64,000 nucleotides of DNA from assembly GCF_009914755.1 (NCBI RefSeq), contig NC_060939.1; one strand, 5' to 3'. The stretch is from the human T2T-CHM13v2.0 reference genome, Homo sapiens. The translations under genes and the position numbers were made by a program. Below the pieces are notes generated by a model. The model had not been told where the DNA came from. It did not search any database and saw only the letters and a list, made by a program, of their open reading frames with translations. Within the stretch, counting starts at the first letter, position 1, and each line of letters starts with the position of its first letter. Positions 17,421-31,479 of this stretch are shown here, piece by piece.

Positions 17421-17954
17421 CTCTGTAGCACCACTGTTACCCCTCACTCCCCTGGCCTTTCTACCGATGTCAGTGCTGTCTTAACAAACATCTGGATGCC
17501 AGTCCTTAGGAACCCTGCTCTTTCTTATACTCTAAGCACATCAGCTGCATAATGATATTAATCTAAAACATTGCTTGAAAGTCTCAGCCCCAGTCAAATT
17601 CTCGCAAATTTGAAGTCAATTATATGCCACCCTAAACCACCAGTGTAAACTTAGCACCTTGAGATTCTTATCCACAGAAGAACCAAAATATGAATCAAGA
17701 TTGATTGATTTAGAAGTTGAGTTTTATAGTAGTGAATGGAGAATTCTTAAGTAACTGTTTTGCAAAAAAAAAAAAGTTTCTACAATGAATTTAGTATATT
17801 CTGAGAGAGGAGATTATTTTAAAACCATAAATTTTGCATAAAAATTTCCTTTGGGACAACACTTTAGCTGGGCTTATCACATTACTTGTAATTGTGGAAT
17901 CATGCTTTCTTAGCTACTGTTATTATTATTACTGTTGTTAGAACTTATTTTCAC

Positions 17955-18070
17955 CTATTCAGTCCCAGATGAGGAACCTGAAGCCCAGGGAAGTCATCCC
18001 ACCAAAGTCACACCCCCAGTAAGTGGCACAGCTGGGATTGATGGAGGCAGCTTTCTGTCTCTCTGATAGA
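17955..18070 (-). mobile_element. MIR fragment
   Basis: cagatgaggaacctgaagcccagggaagt...caaagtcacac...gtaagtggcacagctggga. Confidence 0.7.
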
Positions 18071-20279
18071 ATATTTTTCTTTATCGTGTAAAAATTTAAA
18101 ATTAGACTAAAGAATGGACTGATCTGAAGATAACTCAGAGAAGTTCACATTTATGAACATGAAAGTTGATGTGTTATGATGAAATTATTAGAGTGTCATG
18201 AGAGAAGTAAAATGATAAAGCAAGCTATTATTTCCTGTACCTATCAGAAAGCAAAACACTCCTATCAAAAATATCTTAACATATTTTAATAGAAAGTACA
18301 AGTCTTTTAGAAATGGGTGCTTAGCTAGATATCCTTTCAACCTTCCTTTTTTCTGGTGTTCTAAAGTCATAACCAAAGAAATTTGTATTGCTTACACTGA
18401 GCATTAGCATACTGATAATGCAGTAACAGGAAATAGTCAGGAAAGGAGAGGAAAGCATAAATAGTTCAAACTTACAAGAGTGGGAGTTGCATAGCCTTTT
18501 CGTTGTATTTTTCCTAACATTGCCTGTCTGCCATTGCTCCCCGTCCAGGCAAGGTCCATTCCCCACCCAATAAATAGTTTCCCAGTCCCTCACGTTGCCT
18601 TCTCTAGGAGCTCTCACCACATCGTCTTACCATTTTCCCTCCTAAACAGCCACCAGTCACCTCTGAACTCCTCGATGACATCCTTATGTCTCTAACATGT
18701 TCTGTTGTGCCAGACACATAGTAGGATCTCAGTAATTACTTCATAAGCAAATGGATAATTCAACATCACTTATTATCCATAGCTATGGATAAGTAACCCT
18801 CTCAAAAGGTGTTTTTGATCATATGGGTAACCATAGATCATCGGACTCACCAAAGAAATATGAAAATTTCCTACCCGTTGAAGTGAGTGTCTGATATTTG
18901 GAATCGCTGCTTGGAGGCATTTTTCTTCTGGTGCATGAGAGGCAGGGAGCAAGTCTCTTTGCAAGACTTAGTTAACAAACATTTCCCAAGGATGTCAGAA
19001 TTACATTGTAATAATACATAACTAAATACTATTGCACAGCCTCTCTCTCTGGACCTTCCTTTCTAAACAGAGTTTTATATTTTATCTGAAAGGTCCTTTG
19101 TACAAAATGAAAAACTATTCATCAAACAAGGGTCTGTCCAGGTTAGACACTTTGGTCAAGCAATGTAATTCCAACCACCTGCAGTGTAATTTTATAGCAG
19201 AAGTAATGCTACAACATGCAAGGCCATTGTCACATGAAAGTAATTGTTAACCTAAAGAAAAAGCAGATTTTCCTTTTTGCTAACATGACAAGATTAAAAC
19301 CTTTTTACATGTGAGGTTTACATATAATTTGCTCTGATCATTGAACAAAGAATCTTGAACACACTTGGCTGTACTTTTCAATCATTGGCCAAGTTTACAA
19401 AGACTTAATTTTTTTTTTTAAAAAAAAGGAAAGATACTTTATTTAAAAGTCTTTTTGACTTTTGGGAACTGAATAACATGAAACTGGTAACTTTCTAAAG
19501 GAAAGCTACTAAGTTTTGCAATAAGTGTCTCTTACTTTGTTTCTCTACTATATAAAAATAATTATTTTGATAATCACCATTAATCTTGGCACTCAGATTA
19601 TTTCTTAGTTCAGACAGGACACATTTCAAGTGTATTCTATTTTGAGATAGGCTCTAACTACCTTTCATTTTAAAGAAGTCTCAGATTCTCCTTGTCACCA
19701 AAGTTCTTGACTTTTTAGCCATTTCTGATTGCTACTTAAGTCTTCATCTCCATCCATTCGTCCCTATTCCTGGTGTCCTTGAGATATTCCTGAGGCCTTC
19801 TTTGTATACTCTCCAGCTGTATTGGCTTCAGGAGATAGATCAAGATAAGAAGAAATATCATCCTCAATGCCCTCTGCCTGGTGGGCTTCCGCTCAGCTCC
19901 TTCCTTTTGTTTAAATCCTTACTTAAAAGCACCATTTTCAATGAATCTTTTCCTCACCAACTCTTACTCCATGTTTACACTCTTAACAAAATTTGACTCT
20001 GAGATTAGGAAATAGTGATATACAAGCATATATACACACATATAAATTATATGTATAAAATCTGTAATATATATTATGTACATATAGACTGTTATATTTG
20101 TATCACACTGGAATCTATCTATGGATTCCATATATAGCAATTCTCTCTATATATATATTCTATATATTCCATATATAAAATCTATATATGGAATTTATAT
20201 ATATAGATTCCAGTGTGCTACAAATATAACAATCTATATATATATATATATGTAGATTCCAGTGTGATACAAATATAAC

Positions 20280-21900
20280 AATGTTGAGTAGAAGAAGCCA
20301 CATACTAAAGACTACATAATATATAAGTCCATTTACAAAAAGTACAAAATTATGCAAAGCTAATCTACACGTTAAAAATCAAGACAGTGTTCTTGGGGAG
20401 GGTACTGATTACAAGTGGTAAAGGTGAGCTTATTGGGGTGCCGTTAGTATTTTTGTTTAAATGGGTGGCGGTTACATGGGTATATTCAGTTTATGAATAT
20501 TCATTGATACACTTTTCTATATGCATATTATATTTCAATACAATTCAAAATGGAAAAGAAAATGACCATATTTACATAGTAAACTTTTGGGAAAGTGAAA
20601 ATACAAATGGCTGGTAACCATATAAAAATGTTTAATCTCATTAGTAAGCAGGAAAACCCAAATTAAAAAAAAAATCAAAATGCTGTTATATACCCCTAAG
20701 AAAACAAAAAATTGACGATGGGTGATATCCTGTGTTATGGAATAAGGAAGCAGACACTTTTAGAATTGATGGGAAGTTGAATTGGTACTGTTCTTTTAGA
20801 GGATACTTTAGAAATGTCTATTAACACTTTAAATACATACACTTTATGAATAGGAATTCTATTCCTAGCCATTCATCCTAAAGAAATACTCACGCATATG
20901 CACAAATGTGTAGATATCAAGGGTTTGCATAATAATATTGTTTGTTAAAAATGTTGTTCGTAAGAAATGGAAACAAGTCCCTTGTGTATGACAACATCTA
21001 AGATGCCCTCAGTGAAGGCTGCCCCCTGGTATTCACATCCTTGTCAAATCCCCTTTCCTTGATTGTGAATGGGACCTAGGGACTAGCTTTCAACTAACAG
21101 AATATGGCAAAAATAATAGAATGGCACTTCCTAGATTAGATTTCAAAACGACTGGCTTCATGTTTTGCTTGCTAGTTCTCCAGCTCTCTTTTTTGCTTGC
21201 TCTAAGGGAAGTCAGCTGCCATGTTTTGAGCTGCCCTCTGGAAAGACCCTCGTGGTGAGGAACTGGTGGCTCTGGCCAACATCCAGCGAGGACCTGAGAT
21301 CTGCCAGCTGCCACATGAGTGAGCTGGGAAGTGGATCTTCTCCTAGCCTTGAGATAACTGCAATTCTGGTCAATTTGATCATTGCTCTGCAGGACACCCA
21401 GAGGTGTCAGCTGAGTCACAAATGGATTTCTGACCCACAGAAACTGAGGTAATAAATATTTGTTGTTTTAAGCTGATAAATTTTGGGTTAATTTGTCACT
21501 TAACCACAGGTAATATATCAACCAATAGAATATTTGCTTAAATAAATTATGGTAATTCTATATTCTATATATATTCTATTCATTGCCATTTTAAAAGAAT
21601 ACAGTATCTCTGTAAGTGTTGACATAGGAAGATTCTCAAGGTGTGTTATGAAGTAAAAATAAGAGTATCAAAACCATATGTATTATAGGATTCCACATGA
21701 GAAAATAAACCTCTATATATTTATAGATAATAATATATGCTTCAAAATTTACAAAAAATGTTTTGAAAGGAAAAGGATCACGTTTATTTGGAAAAATAAC
21801 TTTTTACATCATACTCTATTGCATGTAATCACTTGAAGTTTGTAAAGCAAAAATGTATTATTACTGTTACTTATACTGTATACAAATTATTTTAAAGTAT
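20280..21900 (+). mobile_element. Old L1M (L1MC/ME) 3' fragments, split by MLT1
   Basis: aatgttgagtagaagaagcca...; ggaattctattcctagccattcatcctaaagaaatactc; aaataaattatggta. Confidence 0.7.
20983..21520 (+). mobile_element. MLT1F-like solo LTR
   Basis: ccctggtattcacatccttgt...cagaatatggcaaaa...ggatttctgacccacagaaactgaggtaataaatatttgttgttttaagct. Confidence 0.85.
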
Positions 21901-21984
21901 ATTTGGAAATGGTTGTCAAAAAAAATTAAAGCCTGAAAAACAAGCTGCCTGCCCATCATCCAGTTATAACCCTTTCTACTTTCT

Positions 21985-22400
21985 TTCTTGTTTTCTATTT
22001 CCCTCTGTTCCCATGAAGATATAAATGTAAATATAGATATAAAATGTTTTAACAACATTGAGATCAAACTGTACATGTTATTTTGTATCCTTTTAAACTT
22101 AATATATACTAAATATTTTTTATGTCACTAAATATTTTCCAACAACATTCAAGTTTAATATCCACTGATTATTTTGATGTATGGTTGTACCTTCAGTTAC
22201 TTAATTATTATATCCATTATTGTATATTTGGGCCATTTTCAATTTTTCCCTATTGCAAATAATACTGAGATTAATATCTTTCTAGCTTGAGCTTTGTGTA
22301 GTCCATGTTTATTGCCTGTGCAGTATTTGTATAAGGGAAACTGTTGGATCAAAAAAATATGTCATCAAAATTTTAGAGTTTTTATACACTTTGCAAAAAG
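21985..22400 (-). mobile_element. Old L1ME fragment
   Basis: gtatggttgtacc...tttcaatttttccctattgcaaataatactgagattaatatc...ctgttggatcaaa. Confidence 0.6.
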
Positions 22401-22699
22401 ATCACAGTGACAGCAGTCGTAGAATAGAAAAGGAAAGAATAAAACCAATGGTTTCAACCAATGTTGCCCTACTTAAATATTGGCCCTTTTCTTTAATGCT
22501 ATGTGTCTGCTGCGTAACATGTTTCTTTAACACTGTGTGTTTGCTGCATAACATGATCATGATATTATTTATTCAGCAGGCCAGTATAAAAAGTATCCAA
22601 AGAAGGGGAAAAAATAGAGTATAACCTAACCACTCTTGCTCCTTAAAGTCAATCTAAACAATATTTTGAAAGAACTCTGTCAATGAATGACTTTATATA

Positions 22700-22800
22700 T
22701 TTACTTATTTTTAAAAATTGTTTAAAAATAAATTTAAGGTATATGACATGATGTTTTGATGCTCATATCCACAGTGAAATAATCACTACAGGTAAGCAAT
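22700..22800 (-). mobile_element. L1MA 3' end
   Basis: atttaaggtatatgacatgatgttttgat...cacagtgaaataatcactacaggtaagcaat. Confidence 0.7.
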
Positions 22801-24753
22801 GATATGAATGGTGAATGCTGACGCTGTGGGATTGCTGGGTGTCCTGAGGAAGACCACGTGGAAAGGGAACTCAGAGCTAATACCTACAAATAAATACATC
22901 AAACTGCCATGATTAACACAAAGAAAGAAAGAGAAGGTAGGCTTTTCAACACCGAATATATTACGCTATTGGGCATTAAAAATATGAAAAGTCTGGAAAC
23001 CTGGAAATTAATTGAGAGAGGACAAAAAGAATAGAAAGAACCACCTTTCAAGGAATTTCTGAAGTTAAAACCCAAAGAGTTATTTTTCTTTTTAACATAT
23101 GAATATCTTTGAGATCAGGATGTATCTTAAAATTTTAAAATTAATTACCAGTATATTTTCTTTTGTAGTGGTAGATAAAATAATGGCTCATCTTATAATC
23201 AGTGATCTCTTTGATTCCCTGAAATAAACATTTTTGTTTTTTGGTTTTACATATGAAAGGAAGGAAGCCATAGTCTATTATAAAGTCTGGATTTGGGGAA
23301 AAAAAAGAAAATAGAGAAAAAAGCATATAGAATTTTTTACTTGACAATTGGAAAATATACATTCTTCTTAAAGACTACAAAGCATATTTACAAAAATTGT
23401 CCATATTCTGGGCTAGACAGAAAGTATCAGCAAGTAGTATGTAATATTTCAAAAAACATGTTCTCTGACCACAATGCTATAAAATTAGAGATAAGTCCAA
23501 AAAAGGATAGTCAAAGAGCCCTGCACCTTTGAATGTGTAAAACACTCTTTAATAACTGATAGGACAAATAAAAAACATACAATTAAAATACATATTTAGA
23601 TGTGAACACTACTTAAAATATTAAAGAGCAAATTAAATGGGTTATGGGTAAGACAGTACCTTAGAGGAAAATGTATTGCCCTAAATATTAAATCCTAAAA
23701 AGGCAAATACTGAAAAATATTTAGCTAAGCATTCAGCTTAAGAAGCTAGAAAAAGCACAATAAAACAAGGAAGTAAAAAGAAAGAATCAGAAACTAATAA
23801 AATTAATTTGATAACCCAGTTTAATTAATTTGTTAACCTGGTTTGCTAACTAGAAAGAATTAAAAAAATAAACTTTAGGTATTTTGATTGAGGGCAAAAA
23901 AAAGTGTGAACCTGTAACGAAAAAGGCAGTATATTATCAGTGTAGAGATGGAAAAAAAACAAAAAACAAAAAACGAAACCAACAGTATAGGATGTTTAGC
24001 TAAACAAGAGGCTTACACATGTATGAAAATATATAAACATATAAGAAAGGTCACATTGTAGGTCAGTTGAGGAAAAAAGGGTAATTCAATAAGCAGTATT
24101 GGATCAACTGGTTATCCCTATGAAAAATGTTAGACAGAATTCTCTCCTTATAGACACAAAATCAATTCTAGGTAGGTTAAGGACCTAAATCTGAAAAGCA
24201 AAGCTTTCATGTATTTGGAAGAAAATATAAATATCTTAAAGAAATTTAGATAGGAAAGTCTTTCTTTAATGACAAGATTAAAAGATCAAGGAAAATATTG
24301 ATAAACTTGACTACATTAAAATTTTAAAAAAGACTTCTATGAGATGAAAAGCACAAAAAAGTAAAAGGACATGTTCCATACTGGGAGAAGAGTTCTGCAA
24401 TTTATATCACCAAACAAAGACTTAAATATCTAAAATGATCAAAAATCCCTGCAAATCAATAAAAGATCAACAACTTGATAGAAAAATTGATTAAAGATGT
24501 ATAAGAAAACATAAATGGCTAATAAACACTTATGAAAAGATGCTTAAAAATGCTTAAAAGATACCTACTGATCAAGGAATGTAAATTAAAATCACCAGGA
24601 GATAATGATTGTGCAACAAGCTGATGGGGAAAACTTAAAGTTGGTACAAAGTTTTGATAAGGACAAGTTCTCTCGAGAATAACTAAGCAATACTTCATAA
24701 AGTTAAATACGTACATACTTTCCATCTAGGCACTTCCAGCTCTGGGTTTACAG

Positions 24754-24892
24754 CAGTAGTTCTCGAATTTTACCCTGTACCATAATCACTTGAAGGACTT
24801 GTGAAGACCTGGGGTTCGGCCTTAGGATTTACATGGCCAGTAAGTTCCCAGGTAATGCTAATGCAGCTGGGAAACCAACCTGGGAATCATTG
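24754..24892. mobile_element. MER5A-like MITE
   Basis: cagtagttctc...aagttcccaggtaatgctaatgcagctgg...gaatcattg. Confidence 0.65.
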
Positions 24893-25175
24893 CCCTAGAG
24901 AACCAATCTTGACTGTGCCCAGGGAGACGTGCCCAACATTCACTGTGCTGATCGTAATAGCAAGAAATTGGAAGCAACCTAAATATCCAACATTACAAGG
25001 ATTGAGAGGGAATTAAATTGTGAGAAACACTAAACAGCAGTTATAATTAATAAGCCCAAATGAAAGAAATGTTGATTAAAAAGAGGAAAATAAATAAAAT
25101 ATATACAATTTTAATAAAGTTTAAATGCATGTAAAATCATCCTGCATATTGTTTATAGATGTATGCATATGTTTA

Positions 25176-25521
<346 letters not shown>

Positions 25522-26004
25522 TTAGAAAAGTAGAGTAGGAAAAATATAAAAATTTGCATGGGATTAAGAGACACCAACTTCAGGACGGTGGTTATCTCTT
25601 GGCAGGCAAGAGACAGCAGTGGAATCCAGGAGAAGCACTCAAGGGACCTCAGCTATACTTGTGTTTTATTTATTTTTATTGAAGAAAAGATCTGATCCAA
25701 AATGGAAAAGTGATGAGACTTGGTGAGTACATGAATGTATGATACATTATATTGTTTTCTTGGTTGCACTTTTTAGGTCTGTTTGAAATATTTCATAACA
25801 ATACTCATTTAAACAGAGATAGAGAAACTAACTGAACTCAGAAGCCTGTTAAGTCTATTACAGAGAGAATACCAGGCTGGATGTTTTTTTCATCTAACTT
25901 GATACTGAGTTTTTAAAATCCTAAAATGTGGAGCCAAAAAGCCAGAAAAATAACAAAACTAGGCATTTCAGAGAATAACTGGGCATCTAGTCATTCAGAG
26001 TGCA

Positions 26005-26175
26005 TAATGGTAACAAATACTTTTATATTTAAATAATACTCTGCATGTGTAGTCTACTTTTATATAACATATTTCAGCTCATTTACCCCTCTCAACAATT
26101 CTGAGAATGAAGCAGGAAGGAAGTTATCATTCCCATTGTACATATGAGGAAACAGGCTCAGGGAGGTTAAAGAAT
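26005..26175 (-). mobile_element. MIR
   Basis: cattcccattgtacatatgaggaaacaggctcagggaggttaa. Confidence 0.75.
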
Positions 26176-26424
26176 CAGAGAGTGGAGTAAATGCCCAAGC
26201 TGGAGCTGCCTCCTGTAGGTTACCGTAGGTCCTTCTCTGTACATGTAGGCATCCAGGGGCTGCAGGATGCTGTCAGCTGATGTCCTAGTGAATCTTATTC
26301 CAACTTAGTTGGGGCTGAAAATTCTTCCTTCAAATTTATTTTGACTGTGACTAATAAAAACTCAGGGGGTACCTTGCTTTCTAACTTACTCTCACTCAGT
26401 GAGTTGTTCTGCAATCAAAAAGCG

Positions 26425-26512
26425 GTTAGGTTTTCTAGTAGTAGCTGTTAGGTTTTCTAGCAGTAGCTGTTAGGTTTTCCAGTAGTAGCTGTTGGGTTTT
26501 CTAGTAGTAGCT
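26425..26512. repeat. Minisatellite, 4 x 22 bp (gttaggttttctagtagtagct)
   Basis: Four contiguous copies, each with 0-1 mismatch. Confidence 0.95.
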
Positions 26513-26524
26513 CCTGGAGGTGGC

Positions 26525-26770
26525 GATGTGGTTGCTGGGTGAAGCTCGGGTTTTGAAGCTTGTGTGGCTTATATTGAAGTCCCCGTTTCATCACTCACTA
26601 GCTTTGTGAATCTGACAATTAAATCAGCATTGAGGAGCCTCACTTTCATAATCTGTAAAGTGGGATCACCTCACTAGCAGGGTTGCAGAGGCTAATCTAT
26701 GTGCAGGGTGTGATCAAGTGTCTGGCATGTGGTAACAGCTCAGTAAGTGCAATGTATTTAATAATTATTA
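26525..26770 (+). mobile_element. MIR
   Basis: tcactcactagctttgtgaatctg...gagcctcactttcataatctgtaaagtggga...tctggcatgtggtaacagctcagtaa. Confidence 0.75.
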
Positions 26771-27837
26771 CTTTTATTTGTTGAGATGCAGATGACCTAT
26801 TAAAGTTATTCTCTTTCTCTCTCCCTTTCTCCCTAATGAGATCTAACTCAAAATCAATATTGAATGCAGAGAAATGTAAACATGCATATCTCTGTCTCCC
26901 TGGTCACCTTCTGTCAATTCAGAATGGAGGTAGGTGGGTACAGAAGGCATGAGGAGATCGGGGAGAGTAGACAGGCAGGGAGAAGGAGAAAGCAAAATGT
27001 AATTCTGAAATTTCTGTAAGTTTTGAATTCAGCAAAATACATGAACAACTACAAAGTAAAAGAAGCTGAACAACATGAAGGCAGCCTGGTCTCACAAATA
27101 CATATTGAAAAATAGGACCTAGGTTTCGACTACTTCTTCAGAAACAACACTGTATCGAAAAGAACCAGCTTGGTGTGTATTTTTGTGTAATCATCAGAGT
27201 GATTTTGGTGTAATATACACATTACTAGCAAATTTGTAACATATCACAAACAGTAGGAATTTCCTTTGCCTTAAGTGTTGGTATTTTATACTAAAAATGT
27301 CATATCGGTAAGAACATTTGAGAAGGTAGAGCTTCTAGAAAGTGTCAGTAAACATGGTGGTTGTACCAATTCACTGAATTTGTTGCTTAAGAGTTTTCCT
27401 GGAAATAATAAGTTTGGGAAGAGATGTGGCAGTGAATAATATCTAGATTTAATTTGAAGCATCACTACAATAGTATTTAATAATGAGCCTTGGGTATTGA
27501 TGCCATGAACTGAAGCAACTTGTTCCCCAGGGACTTTTGTAAAGGGGCTGCAAGGAGGTGTGTGGTGTATGATTGATATTCCAATCTTCTTTTAGTTTTA
27601 GGATAGTTTTTGAGCATTGATCTACTCATACTCTATCTAAATGTATGGACCCCTGCTTTACTGCTGGTTCATGTCCCCGGATGTCTGCTTGTGCTGTTTC
27701 TTCTGCCTGGCATGCTCTCCCCTGAGACTCCCACCCTTCCACTTGGACAATCGAACTCGACAGTTAAAGAACCAACTCAGGTATTTCTTGAACAAACTCC
27801 AGTTGCCAGTAGAACGGGTGAGTCTCCACTCTGTTCT

Positions 27838-27965
27838 AATAATAATGATGATGCAATGACAAAGTTTATTAAATATTTGTATATGCCAAACACTGGTCTA
27901 AGTACTTTATATTACTTAGCTCATTTAGGCTTCACAGTAGCCCTAGAGGAGGGCACTATTATTAA
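27838..27965 (-). mobile_element. MIR fragment
   Basis: tatatgccaaacactggtctaagtactttatattac...cttcacagtagccctagaggagggcactattatt. Confidence 0.7.
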
Positions 27966-27981
27966 AAGTGTCAGCGCGTGA

Positions 27982-28055
27982 CATCGGACTGTCTATCTAT
28001 GACTTATTTACTATATTCCATCGGACTGTCTATCTATGACTTATTTACTATATTC
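27982..28055. repeat. Perfect 37-bp tandem duplication
   Basis: catcggactgtctatctatgacttatttactatattc at 27982-28018 and 28019-28055. Confidence 0.97.
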
Positions 28056-28261
28056 ATACTCATCATCATCTCTCCAAAGCAGGGTGTCTCCAACCATATC
28101 CAGTAGGATACTGTTTCCCAAGATGTCAACAGTCAAACCTGAAAAACAAAAAGGCAAATAGATAGCTTTATTTTTATTTTTTGCAAATACGCTTTTAAAA
28201 ATTCACAATACATAGTCACAATTTCAAGGCCCTGAGAAGTCCTAAAATAAGAAAACATGGT

Positions 28262-28583
28262 GGCCGGGTGCAGTGGCTCACATCTGTCATCCTAGCACTT
28301 TGGGAGGTCGAGGCGGGTGGATCACCTGAGGTCGGGAGTTCAAGAACAGCCTGGCCAACATGGTGAAACCCCATCTCTGCTAGAAATACAAAAATCAGCT
28401 GGGTGTGGTGGTGGGCGCCTACTATAATCCTAGCTACTCAGGAGGCTGAGGCAGGAGAATCACTTGAACCCAGGAGGCGGAGGTTGCAGTGAGCCAATAT
28501 CGCGCCACTGCAGTCCAGCCTGGGCGACAGAGTGAGACTCCGTCTCAAAAACAACAACAACAACAAAACAAACAAACAAACAA
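28262..28583 (+). mobile_element. AluS (Sx-like) with (AAC)/(AAAC)n tail
   Basis: Full dimer; aaaacatg on both flanks. Confidence 0.95.
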
Positions 28584-29154
28584 AAACATGCTTAATTTTG
28601 CTTCTCCCAGCATTTCCCAAAGGAACCATGCTCACATTTATACTTTGTTCTTCTTTCTCCCCGTCTCCTACTCTTGCATCCCCCTTCCAACATATGCTAG
28701 GTAAATATGTTCAAATGCCCACACATAGTTTCATACTTATCAATCTATAGTGAAATTGTTTATTTCTACACGGAATTCTCTTATTGGACTATGGACTTAT
28801 TGAGGGGTAAACTGTGTCTGATTCATTGTTATGTTCCTAGCTTCATTTGCTGTGACATGAAAGTTGTATGTAGGTTTCTTGTTTGGCTATGTTCAGGGAT
28901 GCTTCTGAGATGCTGCTTCATCTGAGAAAGGAGAAGACATCACGATAATTGACATTCTGGACCTTGATGCTTGATCGATCAGTTGTGCCCCCACCAAGCC
29001 AACACTGTGAAAGACAACAAGGCAGTCTGCCCAACACCAAGATGCTGACAGTTAGCATGGGAGCTCTCCATCACAAATATGTCCAGCTTCATTCATGAAA
29101 ATCTAGAGAGAGGTTTCTCTGAGGTTGAGGTTTTTATTTTCTCCCTAAAGATGA

Positions 29155-29320
29155 ATTCTGAAGCTCAGAAAATGTAGATGTAGATAACTCCCTGGATATA
29201 ATCCTCTCAGTCAATAATTTTATTTTACATATGAGATAGTCGAGGCCCAAAAATGGGAAGTAAGTGGTGTAATGACACCGGTCAATGGCAGAGTTAAACC
29301 AGAATAACTTATCTGTCCTT
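29155..29320 (-). mobile_element. MIR3/MIRc fragment
   Basis: tattttacatatgagatagtcgaggcccaaaaatgggaagt...atggcagagttaaaccagaa. Confidence 0.6.
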
Positions 29321-29824
29321 CTAGAAAAAAACAAAAACAAAAACTCTTTGGAACTCTGGCCATGAAATAAACCCATAGAGGATGGATGCTTCTCTTTATG
29401 AAAGACAGCAGAAGCCAACACAGATGCCTAAGAGAACCATATGGCTCAGGAAAAAGCTTGGCTGAAACAGCCATTGATTGGCTGGTCTACAGAGCACCCG
29501 TTTGGCAATCTAAAGGTAAAAGGACTTTTGGCAGTGGAGTAGCTTATGATGCAGAACTGGATGCAGTGGGAGCGGCCCAGGCAGTGACCCGGGACTGGAA
29601 ACCCCTTGAGCCCAGGGAATTAGAAGCCTACATGATGAAATTTGCTGGAAGAAGTTCTTCCAAAAATAAACTTGTGTGGAAAGGCAGTGCAGTAGCCTGT
29701 GTTGAAATGGCTTTGATTGGAGAAGATACACCTGAGAGACTTTTATTATCTCTTACTCGAGGACTGCAAGTGAAACTGGAAATGTCTATTGTAAATTAAA
29801 GCCATATGTTCCAGAATATGAACT

Positions 29825-30010
29825 AAACATCAACATTTGTTGAGCCGGTTCCATGTTCTAAGTGCTTTACTTATTAACTTGCTGTATCTACACAGTAACT
29901 TAATGAGGTAGCTATGATTAGTCCAGTTTTACAGATGAGAAAAACTGAGGCATAGAGAACTAAGTAACCAGCTCAAAGTCCTACAGCTGGTAGTTAATGG
30001 GTCCAGGATG
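29825..30010 (-). mobile_element. MIR
   Basis: gttctaagtgctttac...ttttacagatgagaaaactgaggcatagagaactaagtaacc. Confidence 0.85.
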
Positions 30011-31331
30011 AAATAATTACTGGTTTGTTTCTATCATTTATTTCATGTTTCCCACACTATAATAACATTCTATATAGTGAACAAAGTTTTAGCAGTTTAT
30101 GGCTAGATTTCTGTAAGTAATTTGAGATTGTCATACTGTTCTGAATAGAAATCTGTGCAATAAAATGGTAACGTTGGTGAAGAGAGACTAGGAGATTTAC
30201 AGCCATGGTATAATTAATGTAAATGTTAGAAAAGCACACATAGGTTTTGAATGAACAGGAAGAGAAATTCTACACATCTTTTTGTACTTGTAAATCTTGT
30301 TTCTTATGGAGTGGGACAGTGTCATACAGGATTTGGAGTTTCAGAATATTTTTTAAAAAGGAAAAAAAGACAATGGAATATATGAGATGATGGTAGCTCA
30401 TTTTTTTCAGCATGGTTTGTCCCCTCACCTTTCAGAAAGCACTTACTAGGTGCAAAGTGCATGCAAGTCTTGAGGAATGTGAATTGGCATCAGTTCATTC
30501 CTGATGGTTTATTATCCACTAGTCCATGCACGCATAAAGGCACAGAAGTAGCAAAACATGTTAAAGGAGTTCTAATAAATGGGACTTCATATCTTAGGGA
30601 TTTGAGGACTGGTCATAAATTGTTTTGGCTGGAATTTGAGGAGCAGGAACTTTGGTTTGTAGATTGAGAGCAAAGGATTTTCTTATATCCTAAGAAGAGT
30701 GAACCAAGGTTCGGGAGTCAACAAGCAATTCAATAATTAAAGAATGAGGAGTGGTCCTGTTCAGAGACAGAGCTGGAGAATGGATGGAGAAGTGGGGAGG
30801 TCTCTGAGATGTCTGTCTGGACAAAAGACATTGACTTCCTGAGCAAAGACCCCAGGAAGCCACATTTAAAGCAATTTTTAACATCTTTCTGAGGCAGATT
30901 TCAAATGCCTGAGACATAGTAGGTACTCAATTAATATTTGTTGACTGAGTGAACTGCACAATGAAAAAAGATAAAGTAATTGCATAGCATTTCAGAGTTG
31001 CCCACGAATCCATTTGCCTGCCGTCTAAAATAGTAAGCACAGCTATAGAACGCATTAGCCCTCAATCCCTGGCCCAAATTTTAGGCATTAAAATGCTGGC
31101 CTTACTCTTTGGGAGTGTACAAAGATGACCTGGGCACTGGCAGCATGCTGTCTTATGTGTAGCCTAAATCCACTGATGTGAACTCTTTGTTTGTGCTAGT
31201 TCTTTTCTTGTTTAAAACAACAGTGAGAACTACAAACCCCAGCACCTTAGAGTTATCCACATATCCATAAAAGCCTAGCAACCAAAGGTATTATCTTTAT
31301 TCAGAAGAAGTAGAACATGATTAAGGTTCAG

Positions 31332-31379
31332 ATATACATATATATATGTATATATATATATATGTATATATATATATAC

Positions 31380-31410
<31 letters not shown>

Positions 31411-31411
31411 C

Positions 31412-31455
<44 letters not shown>

Positions 31456-31456
31456 G
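31332..31456. repeat. Compound (TA)n/(TACA)/(CA)n microsatellite
   Basis: Read directly from the sequence. Confidence 0.97.
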
Positions 31457-31479
31457 AATTGGGTTCTGAAATGGTCATT

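Noticed and set aside
26425-26512. CRISPR-like direct repeats (also 52464-52595)
   Set aside because: No unique spacers, no cas genes, primate DNA; these are tandem repeats.
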